DNA of 27,121 bases, taken from the NCBI RefSeq assembly GCF_004010195.1, contig NC_057718.1, positions 98,687,646 through 98,714,766 on the forward strand. Reading direction: 5' to 3'. The position numbers and the translations under genes were made by a program. The stretch comes from Chiloscyllium plagiosum (Eukaryota). Shown here piece after piece: positions 21,106 through 27,121 of the stretch. The first letter of the stretch is position 1, and every line of letters begins with the position of its first letter. The notes under the pieces are model-generated. The model was not told the origin of the DNA, searched no databases, and worked only from the letters and a program-made list of their open reading frames with translations.

Positions 21106-22371
21106 CCATGATGGTCTGATACAGTGTACTTGATGTCCTTGAAGGAAGAATTCCAAATAAATTTGTGTGTAACACTTGGAGGTCAGAGCTAATTTTTTGT
21201 TGTGCTGAGCTGTTTTATTTATGATTTATTAATTACTTTTATTGATCTGCCTATTTTGCACATGAGTATAGTTGTGTTTCGTTTGTATTTTTTTTCTCTT
21301 TTGTTGTTATGTACACATAGAGTATTTTTCTTCACGTGTTGGTGTTGTAATTTGTTTTAGAATTTTATTTTAAAAATCTTTCAATAAAAATATCTATAAA
21401 AAAGTTCTTCTGTCAGGAATGTCTTCTCTATTGACTCTTGTGTCAGGGATGCCTTCTCTGTTGTTGGTACTGTTGTTATTTAGATGATGTTTTCTCTAAA
21501 CCATAGAGGAGGCTGTGAGATCCAACAATTCTCTCTCAAGAGCTGAGGGCCCTTAGCTCTGGCAGTTGACAGCTAGCTCTGGGGTCTTTGTCCAACTGCC
21601 CCCTTCTATTACACCCGTGATGACATATCAATATTTCTTACAACAGGATTTGTGCTATGTTGTTAAAACCATCAGATTTAAATTTAATAGGTTTTTCATA
21701 TCAAATTACCTCTTTCAAATTGATTGGCTAAGTTCAAAAGACTGTAGTCTTGGTAAAAACTGCTACTTGGCTTGCTAACTGTACGGTCTTTCGATATAAA
21801 TATTTCAGTTCGGACTTTCTGTGCACCTGCAAACCCCCAAGCTGCTGCTCACAGACATCCATTTTAAATCTCTAAGCACGGACAAAGCACCATCTTTTAA
21901 AGGGACCACCACACAATGCTTTTCCCCTCAGCACTTTACAAATACCAATTCTGCAAGATTATCGAATTAATTAAGAATACATCATTCTTCACTTTATATT
22001 TGTCATTAAGGTATGTTTACTGAAAAAGATACTGTTCAGAATTTATAGCTGGGGTTAAGTACAATAATTATGACATCTCTCAGTTGATAATTCTGTAACA
22101 GGGGTCTTATAAAATTCATGAAATACAATATTGTTATGAAATATAAATGAAGTAATAATGGGTTTTTAAAATATTAATCATGTTTTATTCCATTTTCATT
22201 ATTTAAAATAGAATTACAACAATATCTTTTAAATGTTACATTGTTATTTTTACAGAAAGAAGCAAAGACATCATGGAAAATTGCACCTTTTGATTTATAC
22301 GAATGCAATAGAATTCATCTCAGGACAGTAAACATCTTCTAATAAATGAATTAAAGGAGAGCATGTTCATA

Positions 22372-22710
22372 GGGTAAGTAGGCATGGTCTTTTCCTCAGG
22401 GTAAGGGAGCTCAAAACTGGAGGGTGCAGGTTTAAGGTGAGAGGGAAAAGATTTAAAGGGGACCTGAGGGGCAACCTTTTCACACAGAGGGTAATGTGTG
22501 TATGGAATGATTATCTGCCAGAGGGAGTGGTGGACCTTTCTACAATTACAACAATTAAAAGGCATCTGGATGGGTATATGAATAGGAAAGGTTTAGAGGG
22601 ATATGGGCCAAATGCTGGCACATGTGACTAGATTTATTTGGAATATCTGGTTGGCATGGAAGGGTTGGATTGAAAGATCTGTTTCCATGCTGAACAGCTC
22701 TATGACTCTA
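22372..22710 (+). mobile_element. CR1 LINE 3' fragment
   Basis: RGKRFKGDLRGNLFTQRVMCVWN, with tail CTATGACTCTATG. Confidence 0.9.
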
Positions 22711-23401
22711 TGCAGGTTCATAGCTCCTTGAAAGTAGAGTTGCAGGTAGATAGGACAATGAAGAAGGTGTTTGGTGTGCTTTCCTTTCTTCAACAGAGCA
22801 CGGAGTTGGGAGATCATGTTGCGGCTATGCAGGACTGTGGTTAGGCCACTTTGGAAAATTACATACAATTCTGGTCTCCTTCCTATTGGAAGGATGTTGT
22901 GAAACTTGAAAGGGTTCAGAAAAGATTTACAAGGATGTTGCCAGGGTTGGAGGATTTCAGCTATAGGGAGATGTTGAATAGGCTGGGGTTGTTTTCCCTG
23001 GAACGTCAAAGGCTGAGGGGTGACCTTATAGAGATTTATAAAATCATGAAGGGCATGGATAGGATAAATAGACAAGGTCTTTTCCCTGGGTGGGGGAGTC
23101 CAGAACTAGAGGGCATAGGTTTAGGGTGAGAGGGGAAAAATATAAAAGAGACCTCAGGGGCAACCTTTTCACACAGAGGGTGGTATATGTATGAAATGAG
23201 CTGTCAGGTGAAGTGGTGGAAGCTGGTACAATTACAACATTTAAAAAGCATCTGGTTGGGTATATGAATAGGAAGGGTTTAGAGGGGTATGGGCCGGATG
23301 CCGGCAAGTGGGACTAGATTGGGTTGAGATATCTGGCCGGCATGGACAAGTTGGACCGAAGGGTCGGTTTCCGTGCCGTACATCACTATGACTCTTTGAC
23401 T
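22711..23401 (+). mobile_element. CR1 LINE 3' portion
   Basis: QFWSPSYWKDVVKLERVQKRFTRMLPGL...RLRGDLIEIYKIM, with tail CTATGACTCTTTGACT. Confidence 0.92.
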
Positions 23402-23677
23402 GTATTACTAAATCTCAAATAATTTAGTAAAGTTTAATGTGCTTGTAACAGGTTAGTTCTATGATAGATGTTGCATGATACTTTACCAATGTTATTTGAA
23501 AATTGATTTAAAAAAAAAAATCCATTCTTGGAATTTGGGTGTTGCTGGCTGGGCAGCATGTATTGCCTGTCCCCAGAGGTTTTGTACTTGGGAGGGATTT
23601 TCAGAGCTGGAACCATGGTGAAAATTCTTGTTCATCTCTGTCCTTTAAAGTTCCAGCATTCATAACCCAGGAAAGAG
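23205..23677 (+). repeat. Copy 1 of ~473-bp near-identical direct duplication
   Basis: Matches 24847-25319 at a constant offset of 1642 with about 6 substitutions by eye, and includes sequence beyond the CR1 tail. Confidence 0.95.
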
Positions 23678-24696
23678 TTGAAACTTTATTGCTGGAACAG
23701 CACAGCAGGTCAGGCAGCATCCAGAGAACAGGAGATTCGACGTTTCGGGCACAGGCCCTTCTTCAGGAATGAGCAGAGAGTGTACAGCAGGAGAAGATAA
23801 AAGTTAGGGAGGAGGGACTTGGAGGAGGGGCGTTGGAAATGTGATAGGTGGAAAGAGGTCAAGGTGAGGGTGATAGGTCGGAGTAGGATGGAGGCGGAGA
23901 GGTCAAGAAGAAGACTGCAGGACAGGAAGGCGGTGCGGGGCGGGGGGGATGCGGCTGAGACAAGGTGGGGGGAGGGGGGATGAAGAAACTGGTGAAGTCC
24001 AAGTTCATCCCCTGTGGTTGGAGGGTTCCCAGTCGGAAGATAAGACGCCCCTCCTCCGACCGTCGGGTTGTTGTGGTTTGGCGGTGGATGAGTCCAATGA
24101 CCTGCATATCCTCGGTGGAGTGGGAGGGGGAGTTGAAATGCTGTGCCACAGGTTGGTTGGGGTGGTTCGTCCGGGTGGCCCAGAGGTGCTCTCTGAATCG
24201 CTCCGCAAGTAGGCGGCCTGTCTCCCCAATATAGAGGAGGCCACACCGGCTGCAGCGGATGCAGTAGATAATGTGGGTGGAGCCACAGATTCACCTGTGC
24301 AGCTGGTGTGGCCTCCTCTATATTGGGGAGACAGGCCGCCTACTTGCGGAGCGATTCAGAGAGCACCTCTGGGCCACCCGGACGAACCAACCCAACCAAC
24401 CTGTAGCACACCATTTCAACTCCCCCTCCCACTCCACCGAGGATATGCAGGTCATTGGACTCATCCACCGCCAAACCACAACAACCCGACGGTCGGAGGA
24501 GGAGCATCTTATCTTCCGACTGGGAACCCTCCAACCACAGGGGATGAACATGGACTTCACCAGTTTCTTCATCCCCCCTCCCCCCAACTTGTCTCAGCCG
24601 AATCCCTCCAGCCCGGCACCGCCCTCCTGACCTGCAGTCTTCTTCTTGACCTCCCCGCCTCCACCCTACTCCGACCTATCACCCTCACCTTGACCT
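23678..24696. mobile_element. Palindromic PLE: pLTR plus GIY-YIG on minus strand (23678-24282) joined head-to-head to GIY-YIG on plus strand (24283-24696)
   Basis: IYCIRCSRCGLLYIGETGRLLAERFREH...VAHHFN...LIFRLGTLQPQGMN is a PLE GIY-YIG endonuclease. Inverted arms are 23856-24254 and 24298-24696. Confidence 0.92.
23735..23770 (-). ncRNA. Minimal type-I hammerhead ribozyme (PLE family A), intact
   Basis: Identical to 8400-8435 and located 3' of the GIY-YIG coding region on the element's sense strand. Confidence 0.85.
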
Positions 24697-24846
24697 GGAG
24701 CGTCGGAGGTTGAGGGGTGACCTTATAGAGGTTTACAAAATCATGAGTGGCATGGATAGGGTAAATAGACAAGAACTTTTCCCGAGGTTTGGGGAGATAT
24801 TGAAACTTTTTCATGCAGGGGGTGGTGCGTGTATGGAATGAGCTGC
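24697..24846 (+). mobile_element. CR1 fragment from a different copy than 22711-23401
   Basis: Homologous to ~23000-23204 but with many substitutions and an internal deletion. Confidence 0.8.
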
Positions 24847-25319
24847 CAGGTGAAGTGGTGGAAGCTGGTACAATTACAACATTTAAAAAGCATCTGGATG
24901 GGTATATGAATAGGAAGGGTTTAGAGGGGTATGGGCCGGATGCCGGCAAGTGGGACTAGATTGGGTTGAGATATCTGGCCGGCATGGACAAGTTGGACCG
25001 AAGGGTCGGTTTCCGTGCCGTACATCACTATGACTCTTTGACTGTATTACTAAATCTCAAATAATTTAGTAAAGTTTAATGTGCTTGTAACAGGTTAGTT
25101 CTATGATAGATGTTGCATGATACTTTACCAATGTTATTTGAAAATTGATTTTTAAAAAAAAATCCATTCTTGGAATTTGGGTGTCGCTGGCTGGGCAGCA
25201 TGTATTGCCTGTCCCCAGAGGTTTTGTACTTGGGAGGGATTTTCAAAGCTGGAACCATGGCGAAAATTCTTGTTCATCTCTGTCCTTTAAAGTTCCAGCA
25301 TTCATAACCCAGGAAAGAG
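24847..25319 (+). repeat. Copy 2 of ~473-bp direct duplication
   Basis: Matches 23205-23677. Confidence 0.95.
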
Positions 25320-25321
25320 AA

Positions 25322-25838
25322 CTGTGTACAAATCTGTTTGTCCTGTTATAGGAAGGATATTATTAAAGAGCTACATTGAAGATTTACAAAACTGTTCCTG
25401 GAATTGGAGCATTTGAGTTATAGGGAGAGGGTGAATAGTCTGGGACCTTTTTCAGTGGAGTGTGGGAGGTTGAGGAGTAATCTCATAGAGGTTTATACAA
25501 TCATGAGGGGCATATTCAAGGTCTTTTCCCTAAGGTAGGGGAATTGAAAACCAGAGGGTATAGGTTTAAGGTGAGAGAGGGCAGATTTAAAAGGGACCTA
25601 AGGAGTAACCTTTTCACACAGAGGGTGGTTTGTTTGTGGAATAAAATGCCAGAGGAAGTGGCAGATACAGGTACAGTTACAACGTTTAAAAGACATTCAG
25701 ACAGACACATGAGTAGGAAAGGTTTAGAGGGATATGTGCCAAACACAGGCAAGTGGGACTAGTTGAGTTTGGGAAACTTGTTCGGCATGGATGAGTTGGA
25801 TTGAAGGGTCTGTTCCCATACTATTTGACTCTATGACT
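25322..25838 (+). mobile_element. CR1 LINE 3' portion
   Basis: KTRGYRFKVREGRFKRDLRSNLFTQRVVCLWNKMPEEV, with tail TTTGACTCTATGACT. Confidence 0.9.
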
Positions 25839-25839
25839 A

Positions 25840-26300
25840 GTCATCCTTCAGAATGTGGTGGGGAGCTATCTCTTTGAATCACTGCAGTCTCTTTGATATA
25901 GGTACCCCCTGCAATGCCATTAGGAAAGGAATTCTAGAATTTTGACCCAGTGTCATTGAAAGAGCACTGGTATATTTCCAAGTTAAGATGATGGGTAACT
26001 TAGAGGGAAATTTGCAGGTTTTAATGTTCTCATGAATCTGCTGCCCTTGTCCTTCTAGATTAATTGTAATCTTGGAATGTGCTGTTGGAGGAGCTTTGGT
26101 GGATTCCTGCAGGTATTATAGATCTTACACACTGTTGCTACTGTACGCCAGTGTGATAGAAAGTAAATGTTTGTGGATGTGGTGTCAATCAAGTAGGCTG
26201 CTTTGTTGTTTAGGTTCTTGAGTGCTCTTGGAGCTGCATTCACCCAGCCAAATTGGGAATATTCCATCACATTCCTGACCTGTGCTTGTAAATGGTGGTC
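25840..26300 (-). mobile_element. CR1/L2-type LINE 3' fragment
   Basis: ORF 26055-26315 contains AQVRNVMEYS...WVNAAP. Same family as 3120-3250. Confidence 0.7.
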
Positions 26301-26477
26301 AGGTGATAGACACAAAACTGAAATCTTTCCAGACCAAATGGATTGATATCATGCCATGTAACTCCCCATTATGGAATATTTATAAGGGAGACTGTCATAA
26401 CTCCCAATGTTTTTGTGAAATCAGAGTCTTCAACCATCAAGGAATGAAATAATAACCCCAAATTAAATTTAACAGTC

Positions 26478-27121
26478 TTTTTTTTTAATAATATATTTTT
26501 ATTAAGAAAAAATAGATATTTAAATATTACAACAAATACAAAACAATGCAATTCAAAACAGTACAAAAATAGTACAAAACTAAAGCCAAATAATAAAAGA
26601 AATTCCCCAACCTACCCTCCTATACGAATGTATAAACATATATAGAGAAATATAAAATTTTAAAAAAACTAAACTAGCTATTTAACTAACTAAATAAATA
26701 TGTAACAACAAACAAATAAATAGTAATAACTCAGCCCAACCAAACAAAACACTTATACATTCATAGTTCCTCCTCCCTGGATATTGGACTCATGAAATAC
26801 AATCGTTACGACTATATAAAAGCCCTTGTTAGTGTGGCAGATAAATCTGTGTCCAGGTATTTCAAAAAGGGTTGCCATGTCTTGTAAAAATTCTCAGTTT
26901 TGAGGTGTACCATACTTGTGAGAAAATCCAGGGGAATATGCTCCATAACAATCTTCCGCCAACCCGACAGGCCTGGGGGATTTTCTGATATCCAACCTAG
27001 CAAGATATTCTTCCTTGCACAGAATGTAAAAATATTGAAAAGTTTTTCCTTATGCGAGTCTGCAGGAAATACAATGGGTAGGCCCAAAAGGAGCAAAATA
27101 GGGTCATTCTCCACCCTTACA
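26478..27121 (-). mobile_element. 3' end of a second, better preserved L1 (ORF2 C-terminus ending at 26812, 3' UTR, poly-A); continues beyond the window
   Basis: ORF 26812-27114 aligns by eye to the end of the first L1 ORF2 (DPI.LLLGLP, CARKNIL..W, QPFL.YLD.DLSA.L.RA). Minus-strand AATAAA at 26498-26503 and a T9 run at 26478-26486. Confidence 0.9.

Larger units (their letters stand above)
16048..21403 (+). mobile_element. Full-length, inactivated L1-clade LINE
   Basis: G-rich 5' end, ORF1 and ORF2 remnants, AATAAA at 21383-21388, short A tail, and TSD AATTCTTC (16040-16047) / AGTTCTTC (21403-21410). Confidence 0.92.
15611..21940 (-). mobile_element. Solo LTR (~0.97 kb net: 15611-16047 plus 21411-21940) split by the L1
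   Basis: TG...CA termini with a matching 4-bp flank AATA (15607-15610 and 21941-21944). An internal ~30-bp repeat continues across the L1. Orientation is inferred from a minus-strand AATAAA near 15793. Confidence 0.6.

Noticed and set aside
22256..22373. Plus-strand exon (TTTTTACAG acceptor, AGG|GTAAGT donor)
   Set aside because: All three frames contain stops and the donor coincides with the edge of a CR1 fragment. There is no other support.

Overview
Repeat-rich eukaryotic genomic DNA, most likely from a cartilaginous fish (it contains an HE1/V-SINE-type tRNA SINE and many CR1-clade LINE fragments). One host gene is recognisable: the first coding exon of ANKEF1 on the minus strand (1231-1579), with a CpG-rich upstream region and an RFX X-box. 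The rest is nested retroelements: CR1 fragments, SINEs, a full-length but dead L1 (16048-21403) inside a solo LTR, the 3' end of a second L1, and at least six Penelope-like element (PLE) insertions or remnants. The PLE termini carry minimal type-I hammerhead ribozyme motifs of two clear sequence families and possibly a third. The most unusual signals are (i) a TSD-bounded composite PLE carrying a dead CR1 passenger, (ii) a perfect 72-bp inverted copy fused to a young SINE that preserves that PLE's empty site, and (iii) a palindromic GIY-YIG PLE plus a foreign CR1 piece flanked by a ~473-bp near-identical direct duplication. All calls were made by eye, no searches were run, and repeat boundaries are approximate unless a TSD is given.
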